DNA of 49,627 nt from an uncultured Pseudonocardia sp. (lineage in GTDB: Bacteria > Actinomycetota > Actinomycetes > Mycobacteriales > Pseudonocardiaceae): positions 1-49,627 of the forward strand of contig CBIHNM010000001.1 of NCBI GenBank assembly GCA_966211265.1, written 5' to 3'. The notes under the pieces were generated by a model, which did no database searches, had not been told where the DNA came from, and saw only the letters and a list, made by a program, of their open reading frames with translations. Each line of letters opens with the position of its first letter. Position 1 is the first letter of the stretch. Shown one piece after another: positions 29,380-40,746 of this stretch. The position numbers and the translations under genes are program-made.

Positions 29380-30471
29380 GTGACGAGCACGCTGCCCGAG
29401 CTGGACCTGACCGCCGACCCGGTGGCGCTGACCGCGGCCCTGGTGGACGTGGCGAGCGTGTCGGGGGACGAGCGCGTGCTCGCGGACGCGCTGGAGCGGG
29501 CGCTGCGCAGGCAGGCCCCGCACCTGGAGGTGCTGCGCTCCGGCGACGCCGTGCTCGCGCGCACGAACCTGGGCCGGGCGCAGCGGGTGCTGCTGGCCGG
29601 GCACCTGGACACCGTGCCGATCGCCGACAACGTGCCGAGCCGGCGCGCGGACGGGGTCGTGCACGGCTGCGGGACCTCGGACATGAAGTCCGGCGACGCC
29701 GTGTTCGCCCACCTGGCCGCGACGCTGACGGCGCCACGGGTGGACCTGACCTGCGTGTTCTACGACTGCGAGGAGGTCGAGGCCGAGCGCAACGGGCTCG
29801 GCCGGATCGAGCGGGAGCACCCGGACTGGCTCGTCGCCGATCTCGCCGTGCTCGGGGAGCCGACCGACGGCGCGCTGGAGGCGGGCTGTCAGGGCACGCT
29901 GCGGGTCGAGATCCGCACCGCCGGGCGGCGGGCGCACTCGGCGCGGTCCTGGCTCGGTGACAACGCGATCCACCATGCCGGTGCGGTGCTGGCCCGGCTG
30001 CAGGCCTACACCCCGCGGGACGTCGACATCGACGGGTGCGTCTACCGGGAGGGGCTGCAGGCCGTGCGGATCGCCGGCGGTGTGGCGGGCAACGTGGTGC
30101 CGGACGAGTGCGTGGTCACGGTGAACTTCCGGTTCGCACCCGATCGCGGGACCGACGCGGCGCTGGCCCACGTCCGCGAGGTGTTCGACGGGTTCGACCT
30201 GACCGTCACCGACCTGTCGCCGGCCGCCCTGCCGGGCCTCTCGGCACCGGCCGCGGCGGAGTTCGTACGGGCCAGCGGGGCGGTGCCGCGGGCGAAGTAC
30301 GGCTGGACCGACGTGTCCCGGTTCGCGGCGCTGGGCATCCCCGCGGTCAACTACGGCCCCGGCGACCCGAACCTCGCCCACACCCGGGAGGAGCACGTCG
30401 CCGAGGCGGCGGTCACCCGATGTGCCGACATGCTGCGCCGCTACCTGAGCGCCGACGGGGCGCACGCGTAG
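29380..30471 (+). CDS. dapE: Succinyl-diaminopimelate desuccinylase
   Basis: [45 protein letters not shown]; divergent from dapD. Confidence 0.95.
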   Translation: MTSTLPELDLTADPVALTAALVDVASVSGDERVLADALERALRRQAPHLEVLRSGDAVLARTNLGRAQRVLLAGHLDTVPIADNVPSRRADGVVHGCGTSDMKSGDAVFAHLAATLTAPRVDLTCVFYDCEEVEAERNGLGRIEREHPDWLVADLAVLGEPTDGALEAGCQGTLRVEIRTAGRRAHSARSWLGDNAIHHAGAVLARLQAYTPRDVDIDGCVYREGLQAVRIAGGVAGNVVPDECVVTVNFRFAPDRGTDAALAHVREVFDGFDLTVTDLSPAALPGLSAPAAAEFVRASGAVPRAKYGWTDVSRFAALGIPAVNYGPGDPNLAHTREEHVAEAAVTRCADMLRRYLSADGAHA

Positions 30472-30491
30472 CGCTCACTACGCTGGCGCCC

Positions 30492-31250
30492 ATGACGCAG
30501 GAGAACCACCCGGCCGAGAAGCTGCGGGGGCCGGTCGTGCTCCGTCGCGAGCACCGCAACGAGCCCACGACCACCGACCAGCGTCTGCTCGACTCCCGCG
30601 GCCCCAGCGACTGGGTACACACCGACCCGTGGCGGGTCCTGCGGATCCAGGCCGAGTTCGTCGAGGGCTTCGGCATGCTCGCCGAGATGCCGCGCGCGGC
30701 CACGGTGTTCGGGTCGGCCCGCACACAGGCCGGGACCCCGGAGTACGAGACCGGGCGCGAGCTGGGCGCCCGGCTGGCCGGCGCCGGCTTCGCGGTGATC
30801 ACCGGTGGCGGGCCGGGCACGATGGAGGCGGCCAACCGCGGGTGCTCGGAGGCGGGCGGGCTCTCGGTCGGGCTGGGTATCGAGCTGCCGTTCGAGCAGG
30901 GCCTCAACCCCTGGGTCGACCAGGGCATCAACTTCCGCTACGTCTTCACCCGCAAGACCATGTTCGTGAAGTACTCGCAGGCCTTCATCTGCCTGCCCGG
31001 AGGTTTCGGCACCCTCGACGAGCTGTTCGAGGCGCTGGTGCTGGTGCAGACCAAGAAGGTCACCAAGTTCCCGGTGGTGCTGCTGGGCAAGCAGTACTGG
31101 GGCGGGCTCTACGACTGGGTCGCCGAGACGATGGTCTCCGAGGGCAAGATCAGCAAGAAGGACCTGGACCTGCTGCACCTCACCGACGACATCGACGACG
31201 CGGTCGACGTCGTGCACGAGGCCTACCACGCGTGGGAGGAGACGCATTGA
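30492..31250 (+). CDS. LOG-family protein (longer type)
   Basis: VFGSAR, ITGGGPG, PGGFGTLDE. Confidence 0.92.
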   Translation: MTQENHPAEKLRGPVVLRREHRNEPTTTDQRLLDSRGPSDWVHTDPWRVLRIQAEFVEGFGMLAEMPRAATVFGSARTQAGTPEYETGRELGARLAGAGFAVITGGGPGTMEAANRGCSEAGGLSVGLGIELPFEQGLNPWVDQGINFRYVFTRKTMFVKYSQAFICLPGGFGTLDELFEALVLVQTKKVTKFPVVLLGKQYWGGLYDWVAETMVSEGKISKKDLDLLHLTDDIDDAVDVVHEAYHAWEETH

Positions 31251-31834
31251 TCTCGCCGGACCGGCGCGGGGACGCCTCCGCCATCGCGGTCTGCGTCTAC
31301 TGTGCCTCCTCCGACGGCGTCGCCGGGCACTACGTGGAGCTCGCCGACGCCGTCGGGCGCGGGATCGCCGCGCGCGGCTGGACGCTGGTCTCCGGCGGCG
31401 GCAAGCGGTCGATGATGGGCGCGGTCGCGCACGGGGCCCGGGCCGGTGGCGCCCGGACCGTCGGGGTCATCCCGCGGTCGATGGTCGAGCGGGAGTGGGC
31501 CGACACCGACGCCGACGAGCTGCTCGTCACCGAGACCATGCGCGAACGCAAGCAGCTGATGGAGGACCGCGCGGACGCGTTCCTCACCCTGCCCGGCGGC
31601 ATCGGCACCTGCGAGGAGCTGTTCGAGGTGTGGACGGCCGGCACGCTCGACCTGCACACCAAGCCGCTGGTGCTGCTCGACCCGGACGGGCACTGGACCG
31701 GACTGCTGGAGTGGGTCTCGGGTCTGTCCGGGCGCGGGTTCGCCGGGCGCGGGCCGATGGAGCGCCTGACCGTGGTCACCGACGTCGCGTCCGCGCTGGA
31801 GGCGTGCCTGCCGGTCGGGGCCGCCCGGGGATGA
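31247..31834 (+). CDS. LOG-family phosphoribohydrolase (shorter type)
   Basis: VCVYCAS, MRERK, PGGIGTCEE. Confidence 0.9.
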   Translation: MISPDRRGDASAIAVCVYCASSDGVAGHYVELADAVGRGIAARGWTLVSGGGKRSMMGAVAHGARAGGARTVGVIPRSMVEREWADTDADELLVTETMRERKQLMEDRADAFLTLPGGIGTCEELFEVWTAGTLDLHTKPLVLLDPDGHWTGLLEWVSGLSGRGFAGRGPMERLTVVTDVASALEACLPVGAARG

Positions 31835-31886
31835 CGCGCCGGCTCCGGCGGTCCACGCCGTCGGTCCCGCGTGATGTGATGGCGCG

Positions 31887-32222
31887 ATGGGGACCGCGCT
31901 GATCTACCTGCTCGTCCTGGCGGTCGTCGCAGCGGTGGTGTTCGTGGTGGCTGCCGCCGTGTTCGGCCGGGGCGAGGAGCTGGCACCGCTGGCGCCGGAC
32001 GCCACGCCGACCCGGCTGCCGGCGGTCGAGGTGCAGGGCTCGGACGTGCGGAGCCTGCGTTTCCAGCAGGTGGTGCGCGGATACCGGATGGTGGAGGTCG
32101 ACTGGGCGCTGGACCGCCTCGCCGGGGAGCTGGACCGGGTCCAGGCCGACCGGCGTGAGCTGGCCGCGCACGTGGCCCGGCTGGAGACGACGATCGCGCG
32201 GATGCGCGCCGAAGGAGGCTGA
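31887..32222 (+). CDS. DivIVA-domain membrane protein
   Basis: N-terminal TM segment, RFQQVVRGYRMVEVDWAL, coiled-coil tail. Confidence 0.88.
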   Translation: MGTALIYLLVLAVVAAVVFVVAAAVFGRGEELAPLAPDATPTRLPAVEVQGSDVRSLRFQQVVRGYRMVEVDWALDRLAGELDRVQADRRELAAHVARLETTIARMRAEGG

Positions 32223-32223
32223 G

Positions 32224-32715
32224 ATGAACGGCTCGGTGACGGGGCGGCAGGAGCTGACCGTCCCGGTCGACGTCGGGGTCCCGGCCGAGGTGCTGTGGGA
32301 GACGGTCACCGACTGGCCCGGGCAGTCCGACTGGATGCTGGGCACCCGGGTCGAGCTCACCGGCGGTGACGGACGGTCCGTCGGGTCGACGTTGCGCGCG
32401 GTGACCGGGATCGGCCCGCTCGGCGTCGTGGACACCATGGAGATCACCGAGTGGTCCGAGCAGCCGGGCGGCCCGCGGCGCGCGGTGGTCACCCACACCG
32501 GCCACCTCGTGCAGGGCGACGGCGTGTTCGCCGTGGTCGAGCTCGGCCCGCGGCGCAGCCGGTTCCTGTGGACCGAGCTGCTCGACCTGCCGCTGGGTGC
32601 GCTCGGCCGGGCCGGCTGGCCGCTGGTGCGGCCGGTGTTCCGCGCCGGGGTCGCCGCCTCGCTGCGCACGATGGCCCGCCGCACCGAGGAGCGCTACCGG
32701 GCCGGGGAAGGGTGA
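32224..32715 (+). CDS. SRPBCC family protein
   Basis: LWETVTDWPGQSDWMLGT, DTMEITEW, FLWTE. Confidence 0.82.
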   Translation: MNGSVTGRQELTVPVDVGVPAEVLWETVTDWPGQSDWMLGTRVELTGGDGRSVGSTLRAVTGIGPLGVVDTMEITEWSEQPGGPRRAVVTHTGHLVQGDGVFAVVELGPRRSRFLWTELLDLPLGALGRAGWPLVRPVFRAGVAASLRTMARRTEERYRAGEG

Positions 32716-33311
32716 GCGGGGTGGCCCCGCCGGACGCCGGCCCCCACGACCCGCACGACGGGCGCGGCCGCTGCGAGTGGGCCGGTTCCGCGCCGGACTA
32801 CGTCGCCTACCACGACCGGGAGTGGGGGCACCCGCTGCACGGCGTCGCCGCGATGTACGAGCGGCTGAGCCTGGAGGCGTTCCAGTCCGGGCTGTCCTGG
32901 ATCGTCATCCTGCGCAAGCGGCCGGCGTTCCGGGAGGCCTTCGCCGGGTTCGACCCGGAGCGGGTCGCCCGCTTCGGCGACGACGACCGGGCCCGGCTGC
33001 TCGCCGACGCCGGCATCGTCCGGAACCGGGCGAAGATCGACGCCGCGATCGCCAACGCCCGCGCGGTGCTGGACCTGGACACCCCGCTCGACGAGCTGCT
33101 CTGGTCGTTCGCACCGGACCCGGCCGGCCGGGCCCGGCCCCGCACGGCGGCCGAGATCCCGGCCGTCACACCCGAGTCCACGGCGATGGCCAAGGAGCTC
33201 AAGCGGCGGGGGCTGCGCTTCGTCGGACCGACCACCTGCTACGCGCTGATGCAGGCGACCGGCCTGGTCGACGACCACGTGAGGCACTGCTGGCGTGCCG
33301 ACCCGGCGTGA
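32712..33311 (+). CDS. tagA: DNA-3-methyladenine glycosylase I
   Basis: RCEW, YHDREWG, LEAFQSGLSW, GIVRNRAKI, FVGPTT, DDHVRHC. Confidence 0.95.
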   Translation: MSGVAPPDAGPHDPHDGRGRCEWAGSAPDYVAYHDREWGHPLHGVAAMYERLSLEAFQSGLSWIVILRKRPAFREAFAGFDPERVARFGDDDRARLLADAGIVRNRAKIDAAIANARAVLDLDTPLDELLWSFAPDPAGRARPRTAAEIPAVTPESTAMAKELKRRGLRFVGPTTCYALMQATGLVDDHVRHCWRADPA

Positions 33312-33523
33312 CGCCCCCGGCGGGTCGACCGGCTGCCGTCCCCGCGATCGCCAGCGGCCCGCGTTCGAGCCGTTGCGCTGCGTGAACGCTGCCGAGTCGT
33401 GATCGCCTCGGTTGCACCACGCCATCGGCGATGGGGGACAATGGAGCCACCGGCGACCGACGCGTTCCCCGAGAGGCGCGGTCGGACGGCACCGATGACT
33501 GTCACACCACGGAGGAACGAGAC

Positions 33524-33691
33524 ATGGCCGCGATGAAGCCCCGCACCGGCGACGGCCCCCTGGAAGTGACCAAGGAGGGCCGGGGCATCGTGATGCGGGT
33601 CCCGCTCGAGGGCGGAGGGCGCCTCGTGGTCGAGATGACCCCCGAGGAAGCCACCAACCTCGGAGAGGCACTGAACGCCACCTGCGGATGA
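33524..33691 (+). CDS. DUF3117 small protein
   Basis: MAAMKPRTGDGPLEVTKEGRGIVMRVPLEGGGRLVVE; GGAGG RBS. Confidence 0.93.
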   Translation: MAAMKPRTGDGPLEVTKEGRGIVMRVPLEGGGRLVVEMTPEEATNLGEALNATCG

Positions 33692-33719
33692 CCTCCGTGG
33701 GCGGGTCCGGGCGGGAGCG

Positions 33720-34880
33720 TCAGAGCCGGTCGTAGACCTCCACCGTGCGGCGGGCCATCTCGGCCCAGGCGAACTCCCGCTCGGCACGCTCCCGTCCCCG
33801 TTCGCCCATCCGGGCCGCCCGGCCCGGATCCCCCACGAGCTCGTTCACCGCGACGGCCAGGTCGGACTCGAACCGCGCCGTGTCGCCCGCGTCGTAGTGG
33901 GCGAGCAGCCCGGTCTCGCCGTCCGCGACGACCTCCGGAATGCCGCCCACGTCGGAGGCGACGACGGCCGTCCCGCACGCCATCGCCTCCAGGTTGACGA
34001 TCCCCAGCGGCTCGTAGACCGAGGGGCACACGAACACCGTCGCCGCCGAGAGCAGCTGCCGGACCTCGGCGGTCGACAGCATCCGGCGTACCCAGACGAC
34101 CCCGGACCGGGCCGCGGACAGCTCGGCGACCGCCCGCTCGATCTCCGCCTCGAGTTCCGGGGTGTCCGGCGCTCCCGCGCACAGCACGATCTGCGCCTCC
34201 GGCGCCACCTGGTGCGCGGCCGCGACCAGGTGCCCGAGGCCCTTCTGCCGGGTGATCCGCCCGACGAACACCACGCTCGGCCGGTCCGGGTCGACCCCGG
34301 CCGCGCGGACCGCGTCGCGGCCCGGGTCGGGGCGGTAGAACCCGGTGTCGATGCCGTTGTGCACCACGTGCACCCGCGCCGGGTCGACGTCGGGGTAGGC
34401 GGCCAGGACGTCGCGGCGCATCCCGTGCGACACCGCGATCACCGCGTCCGCGGACTCGTAGGCGGTGCGCTCCACCCAGGACGACACCCGGTAGCCGCCG
34501 CCGAGCTGCTCGGCCTTCCACGGACGCAGCGGCTCCAGCGAGTGCGCGGTCACCACGTGCGGGCGCTCGTGCAGCAGCGCGCCCAGGTGCCCGGCCATGT
34601 TGGCGTACCAGGTGTGCGAGTGCAGGACGTCGCAGTCCTGCAGCGCGGCGGCCATGGTCAGGTCCACGCCCAGCGTGGTCAACGCGGCGTTGGCGCCGCG
34701 GAGCTCGGCCGGCACCGGGTGCACCGTGACCCCGTCGCGGGCCGGCGCGCCGGCGTCGCCGAAGCAGTGCACGTCGACGTCGACGATCTCGCGCAGCGCG
34801 GGCACCAGGTACTCCACGTGCACCCCCGCCCCGCCGTAGACGTCTGGGGGGTACTCCCGGGTCAACAGGCCGACGCGCAC
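33720..34880 (-). CDS. glgM: Alpha-maltose-1-phosphate synthase / GT4 glucosyltransferase
   Basis: TREYPPDVYGGAGVH, HSHTWY, YEPLGIVNLEAM; divergent from glgC. Confidence 0.93.
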   Translation of the reverse strand: MRVGLLTREYPPDVYGGAGVHVEYLVPALREIVDVDVHCFGDAGAPARDGVTVHPVPAELRGANAALTTLGVDLTMAAALQDCDVLHSHTWYANMAGHLGALLHERPHVVTAHSLEPLRPWKAEQLGGGYRVSSWVERTAYESADAVIAVSHGMRRDVLAAYPDVDPARVHVVHNGIDTGFYRPDPGRDAVRAAGVDPDRPSVVFVGRITRQKGLGHLVAAAHQVAPEAQIVLCAGAPDTPELEAEIERAVAELSAARSGVVWVRRMLSTAEVRQLLSAATVFVCPSVYEPLGIVNLEAMACGTAVVASDVGGIPEVVADGETGLLAHYDAGDTARFESDLAVAVNELVGDPGRAARMGERGRERAEREFAWAEMARRTVEVYDRL

Positions 34881-35090
34881 GACGGCGACGGTAACGCGTG
34901 CACCCCCGGCGGGACAGCCCGCCGCGCACCTGCCGGGCGCAGGTGGCCGGCAGGCGTCGGATGATCGACATGGTCGGTCCGACGCTGGCCGGGAGACGGG
35001 TGTGGCACTAGGGTTTCCCAGGGTCGCGGAGGTCCTCCCACAGGAGCCTCGCCGCGCGGCGGAACGAGAGCGGGGGTTGCGGTGACCGCA

Positions 35091-36338
35091 ATGAGCGGAG
35101 TGCGCCCGTCGTCGGCGTCGGGCCGGCTCTCGGCGAACGTGCTCGGGATCGTCCTCGCCGGTGGCGAGGGCAAGCGGCTCTGGCCGATGACCGCGGACCG
35201 GGCGAAGCCCGGCGTCCCGTTCGGCGGGAACTACCGCCTGATCGACTTCGTGCTGTCGAACCTGGTCAACGCGGGTCTGGACCGGATCTGCGTGCTCACC
35301 CAGTACAAGTCGCACTCGCTGGACCGCCACATCTCCACCACCTGGCGCCTGTCCAGCGTGCTGGACCAGTACATCACCACCGTCCCGGCCCAGCAGCGGC
35401 TCGGGCGCCGCTGGTACACCGGCAGCGCGGACGCCATCTTCCAGAGCCTGAACCTGGTCTACGACGACCAGCCCGACTACATCGCCGTGTTCGGTGCCGA
35501 CCACGTGTACCGGATGGACCCGGCGCAGATGATCGCCCAGCACATCGAGAGCGGCGCCGGCGTCACCGTCGCCGGGATCCGGGTGCCGCGCACCGAGGCC
35601 AAGGCGTTCGGCTGCATCGCCTCCGACTCCTCGGGGAAGATCACCGACTTCGTGGAGAAGCCGTCCGACCCGCCGCACGTGCCCGACGACCCCGAGGTCA
35701 CGTTCGCCTCGATGGGCAACTACGTGTTCTCCACCCAGGCGCTGCTGGACACGCTGCGCACCGACGCCGAGAACAACGACTCCGACCACGACATGGGTGG
35801 CGACATCATCCCGGCGCTGGTCGGCCAGGGCGCCGCGCACGTCTACGACTTCGCCGACAACCTGGTGCCCGGGGCGACCGAGCGCGACGCGGGCTACTGG
35901 CGCGACGTCGGGACGATCGACGCCTACTACGACGCGCACACCGACCTGGTCTCGGTGCACCCGATCTTCAACCTCTACAACCAGCGCTGGCCGATCCGCA
36001 CCGCCACCCCGGCGCTGCCGCCGGCGAAGTTCGTCGAGGGCGGTATCGCGCAGGACTCGATCGTCGGCGCCGGCACGATCATCTCCGGGGCGATCGTGCG
36101 CCGGTCGGTGATCAGCCCCAACGTGATGGTGCAGGGCGGCGCGGAGGTCTCGGACTCGGTCGTGCTGCCGGGCGTCCGGATCGGCCGGGGCGCGGTGGTG
36201 CGCCGCGCGATCCTGGACAAGAACGTCGTGGTCCCGCCGGGCGCGCTGATCGGGGTGGACCTCAACACCGACCGGGCGCGCTACACCGTCAGCCCGGGCG
36301 GCGTCGTCGTCCTGGGCAAGGGCGTCACCGCCCAGTAG
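35091..36338 (+). CDS. glgC: Glucose-1-phosphate adenylyltransferase
   Basis: [37 protein letters not shown]. Confidence 0.96.
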   Translation: MSGVRPSSASGRLSANVLGIVLAGGEGKRLWPMTADRAKPGVPFGGNYRLIDFVLSNLVNAGLDRICVLTQYKSHSLDRHISTTWRLSSVLDQYITTVPAQQRLGRRWYTGSADAIFQSLNLVYDDQPDYIAVFGADHVYRMDPAQMIAQHIESGAGVTVAGIRVPRTEAKAFGCIASDSSGKITDFVEKPSDPPHVPDDPEVTFASMGNYVFSTQALLDTLRTDAENNDSDHDMGGDIIPALVGQGAAHVYDFADNLVPGATERDAGYWRDVGTIDAYYDAHTDLVSVHPIFNLYNQRWPIRTATPALPPAKFVEGGIAQDSIVGAGTIISGAIVRRSVISPNVMVQGGAEVSDSVVLPGVRIGRGAVVRRAILDKNVVVPPGALIGVDLNTDRARYTVSPGGVVVLGKGVTAQ

Positions 36339-36358
36339 GTCCCGGCGCGCCGGCCGGG

Positions 36359-36985
36359 CTACCGGCGGACCGCGCAGAGCATCCCGTCGGCGACCGGGAG
36401 CAGCGCGGAGAGCAGCCGCTCGTCCTCCCGGACCTGGTCGGTGACCTCACGCAGCGCGGCCGTCTCGGGGCCGTCGTCGGCCGCGTCTCCGGCCACCCGC
36501 CCGCCGTCGAGCACGCCCTCCAGGACCAGCACCCCGCCCGGACGCAGCAGCCGGATCGCCTCGGCGAGGTAGCCGGGGTACTCGGCGGGCACGGCGTCGG
36601 CGACGACCAGGTCGTACCCGCCGTCGGTGAGGCGGGGCAGCACCTCCAGCGCCATCCCGTTGATCAACCGCAGCCGGGACGGTCCGATCCCGGCGGCCAG
36701 GAACGACGCCCGCGCCGTCCGCTGCAGCTCCGGGTCCACGTCGATCGAGGTCAGGGTCCCGTCGGTGGCCATCCCGCGCATCAGGTACAGCCCGCTCACC
36801 CCGGCGCCGGTGCCGATCTCGACGACGGCGCGCGCGGAGACCGTCGCGGCCAGCACCGCCAGCGCGGCCCCGCCGGCCGGGCTGATCGGGTGCGCGCCCG
36901 CCGCCGTGCCCGTCGCCCGTGGGCGCGCCAGGGCCTCGTCCTCGGCGAGGTAGGCCTCGGCGGCCTGAGCCGCGGGGGTCGTCAT
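36359..36985 (-). CDS. O-methyltransferase
   Basis: VEIGTGAGVSG, LRPGGVL; divergent from sigE as in mycobacteria. Confidence 0.9.
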   Translation of the reverse strand: MTTPAAQAAEAYLAEDEALARPRATGTAAGAHPISPAGGAALAVLAATVSARAVVEIGTGAGVSGLYLMRGMATDGTLTSIDVDPELQRTARASFLAAGIGPSRLRLINGMALEVLPRLTDGGYDLVVADAVPAEYPGYLAEAIRLLRPGGVLVLEGVLDGGRVAGDAADDGPETAALREVTDQVREDERLLSALLPVADGMLCAVRR

Positions 36986-37098
36986 GGGCAGAGATTAACC
37001 GGGTCGGAGTAGCGCGGGGGAGCACACGCCCCGCGGATGCGGGATGATTCGCGGCACCTGTCCGCGGCGTTCGTCCGCCCGTGGACCGGTAGCGCGAT

Positions 37099-37115
37099 TC
37101 ACAGGCTTCTCTCAG
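37099..37115 (+). promoter_or_regulatory. MprA-type direct repeat upstream of sigE
   Basis: TCACAG-n5-TCTCAG versus the MprA box TCTCAG-n5-TCTCAG. Confidence 0.6.
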
Positions 37116-37159
37116 ACGGGTTTCACATGTTCCTCATCCCGCGGGGGCACGCTGTTGTC

Positions 37160-37801
37160 ATGCCCGACCAACGCTCCTCCGCAGCCGCCTCCACGGGAAC
37201 CGGTGCCACGAGCACGCTCCCGGGTGAGGCCGCGGACTGGACTCCGCCGAGCTGGGACGAGATCGTCCGGGCACACGCCGACCGGGTCTACCGCCTCGCC
37301 TACCGCCTGAGCGGGAACCCCTACGACGCCGAGGACCTGACCCAGGAGACGTTCATCCGGGTGTTCCGCTCGCTGGCCTCCTACAAGCCGGGCACGTTCG
37401 AGGGCTGGCTGCACCGGATCACCACGAACCTGTTCCTGGACATGGTCCGTCGTCGTGCGCGGCTGCGCATGGAGGGCCTGCCCGAGGACACCGACCGGCT
37501 GCCCGGCGGTGGCCCGGAGCCCGAGGACGTGTTCTCCGCGACCCACCTCGACCCGTACCTGCAGGCCGCCCTCGACGAGTTGCCGCCGGACTTCCGGGTC
37601 GCGGTCGTGCTCTGCGACGTGGAGGGCCTGTCCTACGAGGAGATCGGCGCCACGCTGGGGGTGAAGCTCGGCACCGTGCGCAGCCGCATCCACCGCGGCC
37701 GGACGGCGCTGCGGGCGTCGCTGGAACGCCACCGCGCCGAGGCGGCGGGCGGCGCGGACGTGGCAGGCACGACCCGTTCGGTGGCAGAGTTGGTGTCGTG
37801 A
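37160..37801 (+). CDS. sigE: ECF sigma factor SigE
   Basis: [46 protein letters not shown]; start uncertain. Confidence 0.95.
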   Translation: MPDQRSSAAASTGTGATSTLPGEAADWTPPSWDEIVRAHADRVYRLAYRLSGNPYDAEDLTQETFIRVFRSLASYKPGTFEGWLHRITTNLFLDMVRRRARLRMEGLPEDTDRLPGGGPEPEDVFSATHLDPYLQAALDELPPDFRVAVVLCDVEGLSYEEIGATLGVKLGTVRSRIHRGRTALRASLERHRAEAAGGADVAGTTRSVAELVS

Positions 37802-38466
37802 CCGAAAACCGACGGTTCCAGGTGATCGCCCCGGACTGGGGTGAAGCCCACCTCACCCCGGAGGCGGTGGTCGCCTACGTCGACGGCGAGCTCGCCCCCG
37901 GGCCGCACGGGCGCGCCCGGACACACCTGCAGCACTGCGTGGACTGCGCGGCCGAGGTCGTCGACCAGCGCAAGGCGCGCTCGGAGCTGCGCGGCGCGGA
38001 CGCACCGACGCTGCCGACGTCGCTGATGTCGTCACTGTGCTCGATCCCCCAGGACACCGCCCTGCCCCCGCCCCCGGCGGGCCTGTCGATGACCGCGGAC
38101 GGGCAGATGGTCTCGGTGCTGCGCCCGGCACCGACCGGACGTCGCGGACGTCGTCGCCGGATCGGCGCCGGAGCGGCCGTGTCCGGGCTGGCGATCGGTG
38201 CGATCGCGTTCGGTCTGCCCGCCTCCGGCTTCACCCCCGCCCCTCCCGGCGGGGGCACCGCGTCGTTCACCGGTGCCACCCCGGTCGCCCGTTTCGCCCC
38301 CACCGTGCGGGAGCAGCAGGGCAGGCGGCCCACGGCCGCGCCGGCCGCCTCGGCGTCGGCCTCGTCGCCCTCGACGTCGACGACCGCGCCGCTCACCCCC
38401 ACCTCGCCGGCCCCGCCCGCGCCGCGTCCGGCGATGCTGAACGCGAGCCTGCCGCCCTCGCCCTGA
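37798..38466 (+). CDS. rseA: Zinc-binding anti-sigma factor
   Basis: [14 protein letters not shown] and HLQHCVDC (HxxxCxxC). Confidence 0.9.
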   Translation: MTENRRFQVIAPDWGEAHLTPEAVVAYVDGELAPGPHGRARTHLQHCVDCAAEVVDQRKARSELRGADAPTLPTSLMSSLCSIPQDTALPPPPAGLSMTADGQMVSVLRPAPTGRRGRRRRIGAGAAVSGLAIGAIAFGLPASGFTPAPPGGGTASFTGATPVARFAPTVREQQGRRPTAAPAASASASSPSTSTTAPLTPTSPAPPAPRPAMLNASLPPSP

Positions 38467-38558
38467 GCGCGCCGCACGTGCGCGCGAACGCGGACTTCAC
38501 CGCCGAGAGGGCAGGCTGAGATCGTGCGTCGCCCGTCCCTGCCCGGAACCCTCCCGCG

Positions 38559-40109
38559 ATGAGTGACGACCGGGAGCGTCCCGAGAGCCCGCAGGACCCC
38601 GCGCCGAGCATCCAGGACCCGGCTGCGGAGCCCCCGCGGCTGAGCCCGGCACCCCTGGAACGCCCCGCGGTCGACCCGTCCGCGCGGGCGATGTTCGGCC
38701 GCCCGGACGGCGTGGCCGACTCGTTCGACCGCCCGGCCGCCACCGGCCCCGCCCGGACCCCGGCCGCCCCGCCCCCGACGACGGCGGTGGCCCGGGCGTT
38801 CGGCCGCCCGCACGGCGCGGTGGACACGCTGCAGCGCGGCCCCGGCACGAACGGGCACGGCACCGACGGCGACGCCGACCCGTTCTGGGCCGGCGGCTCG
38901 GCGCAGGACCCCTGGCGCAGCCCGCAGACGCCGGTCACCGCCGCACCTCCGGCACTCGACGAGGAACCGCGACCGGAGCCGCCGTCTCCGCCCGGGGCCC
39001 GGCTCAGCGTGCGCGAGGTGCTCTTCGGCGACCGGGTGCAGCCGAAGGCCCTGGCGCTGCTGGGCGTGCTGGCGCTGCTGATCGGCGGGCTCGGCGGGCT
39101 GGTCGGTCACTGGACCGCCGAGGGCGCCGACGGGCTGACCGAGCCCGGCGCCACGCTCGCCGCGTCCGAGGAGGCCAAGGAACGCCCGCCCGGATCGGTG
39201 CCGGACCTGGCCGCGCGGCTGCTGCCCTCGGTCGTCTCGCTGGAGACCAAGGTCGGCGACGAGGCCGGGACCGGCTCCGGGGTGGTGATCGACCCGGCCG
39301 GCTACGTGCTGACCAACGACCACGTCGTGGCCCCGGCCGTCGGCCCGGCCAAGGGCACGATCGAGGCCGTGTTCTCCGACGGTTCCCGGGTGCCGGCCGT
39401 CGTCGTGGGCGCGGACCCGATGACCGACCTGGCCGTGGTGAAGGTTCCGGTGACGAACCCGACGGTCGCCCCGATCGGGCGTTCCTCGGAGCTGGCGGTG
39501 GGTGACGGGGTGATGGCCATCGGGTCGCCGCTGGGCCTGGCCGGCACCGTCACCGTCGGCATCGTCAGCGCCGTGGACCGGCCCGTCCGGCTGGACCCGG
39601 AGGGGTCCGCGGGCGACGCGGTGATCGACGCGGTGCAGACCGACGCGGCGATCAACCCGGGCAACTCCGGCGGCCCGCTGGTCGACTCCACCGGGGCCGT
39701 CGTCGGCATCAACACCGCGATCCGCAGCCTCGGCGCGGAGCAGGGCGGCGGGCAGGGCGGCTCGATCGGGCTGGGCTTCGCGATCCCGATCGACGACGCC
39801 CGTGGCATCGCCGAGGAGCTCATCCGCACCGGCAGGGTGGCCCACGCCGACCTCGGGGTGAACGCCCGCTCGGTCACCGACGGGGCCACCGACGGCGCGC
39901 AGATCCAGAACGTGGTGGCCGGTGGGCCGGCCGCGACGGCCGGGGTCCTCGACGGCGACGTCGTGGTCGAGGTGGCGGGTCGCCCGATCGCCGGCGCCGA
40001 CGAGCTCGTCGTCGCCGTGCGGGAGCACCAGCCGGGCGAGCAGATCCCGGTCGAGCTTGTGCGACAAGGACGCCCGCTCACCGTGACCGTGACCCTGGGG
40101 ACGACCTGA
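38559..40109 (+). CDS. htrA: HtrA serine protease with PDZ domain
   Basis: TM anchor, [27 protein letters not shown]-terminal PDZ. Confidence 0.95.
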   Translation: MSDDRERPESPQDPAPSIQDPAAEPPRLSPAPLERPAVDPSARAMFGRPDGVADSFDRPAATGPARTPAAPPPTTAVARAFGRPHGAVDTLQRGPGTNGHGTDGDADPFWAGGSAQDPWRSPQTPVTAAPPALDEEPRPEPPSPPGARLSVREVLFGDRVQPKALALLGVLALLIGGLGGLVGHWTAEGADGLTEPGATLAASEEAKERPPGSVPDLAARLLPSVVSLETKVGDEAGTGSGVVIDPAGYVLTNDHVVAPAVGPAKGTIEAVFSDGSRVPAVVVGADPMTDLAVVKVPVTNPTVAPIGRSSELAVGDGVMAIGSPLGLAGTVTVGIVSAVDRPVRLDPEGSAGDAVIDAVQTDAAINPGNSGGPLVDSTGAVVGINTAIRSLGAEQGGGQGGSIGLGFAIPIDDARGIAEELIRTGRVAHADLGVNARSVTDGATDGAQIQNVVAGGPAATAGVLDGDVVVEVAGRPIAGADELVVAVREHQPGEQIPVELVRQGRPLTVTVTLGTT

Positions 40110-40143
40110 GGTCCGTGCGTGGGCCCCGGGTAGTCTGGGTCAC

Positions 40144-40725
40144 GTGTTCGAGAACATCGGTTGGCCCGAGATCCTCGTTCTCGTCGTCGCCGGCCTGTTC
40201 ATCCTGGGGCCGGAACGACTGCCGGAGGCGGCGGCGTGGATCGGTAGGACGGTGCGTCAGGTCAAGGACTACGCCACCGGCGCCCGCGACAACCTGAAGA
40301 AGGAGATGGGCTCGGACTTCGAGCATCTCCAGCAGCCGCTCAACGACCTGCGCAGCCTGCGCAACCTGAACCCGAAGGCCGCGATCACCCGCACCCTGTT
40401 CAGCGAGGACGACGACGGCCCGACCAAGCCGAACGGCTACGCCCCCGGTCCGAACGGCAGCGCCGCGAACGGTGCGGCCGCGAACGGTGCCGCCGCGAAC
40501 GGTGCCGCCGCGAACGGCGTCGCGCAGTACGGGCCCCCCGCGAACGGTGCCGCGGCGAACGGCGCTGCGCCGAACGGGGCCCCGGCGAACGGGGCCCCCG
40601 CGAACCGCCCGGCCGCGAACGTGGCCGCCACGAACGGGACGCCGGTCGCCCCGTCCGCGGCGCCCGCGACCCGGGCACCGATGGGCGGCGGCGAGCGCCC
40701 CCCGATCGACCCCGACGCGACCTGA
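40144..40725 (+). CDS. tatB: Twin-arginine translocase subunit TatB
   Basis: [27 protein letters not shown] and C-terminal DPDAT. Confidence 0.95.
   Translation: MFENIGWPEILVLVVAGLFILGPERLPEAAAWIGRTVRQVKDYATGARDNLKKEMGSDFEHLQQPLNDLRSLRNLNPKAAITRTLFSEDDDGPTKPNGYAPGPNGSAANGAAANGAAANGAAANGVAQYGPPANGAAANGAAPNGAPANGAPANRPAANVAATNGTPVAPSAAPATRAPMGGGERPPIDPDAT
40462..40640 (+). repeat. 15-bp coding tandem repeat (AANGA) in tatB
   Basis: GCCGCGAACGGY at 40462, 40477, 40492 and 40507, followed by a more degenerate block. Confidence 0.85.
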
Positions 40726-40746
40726 TCCGAGCCGGGGCCGCGCCGC

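Noticed and set aside
34881..35960. 746-aa glycosyltransferase
   Set aside because: The extension is antisense to glgC; GlgM motifs begin at 34880
40462..40640. CRISPR-like array
   Set aside because: Units are adjacent in-frame coding repeats with no spacers, and no cas genes are present
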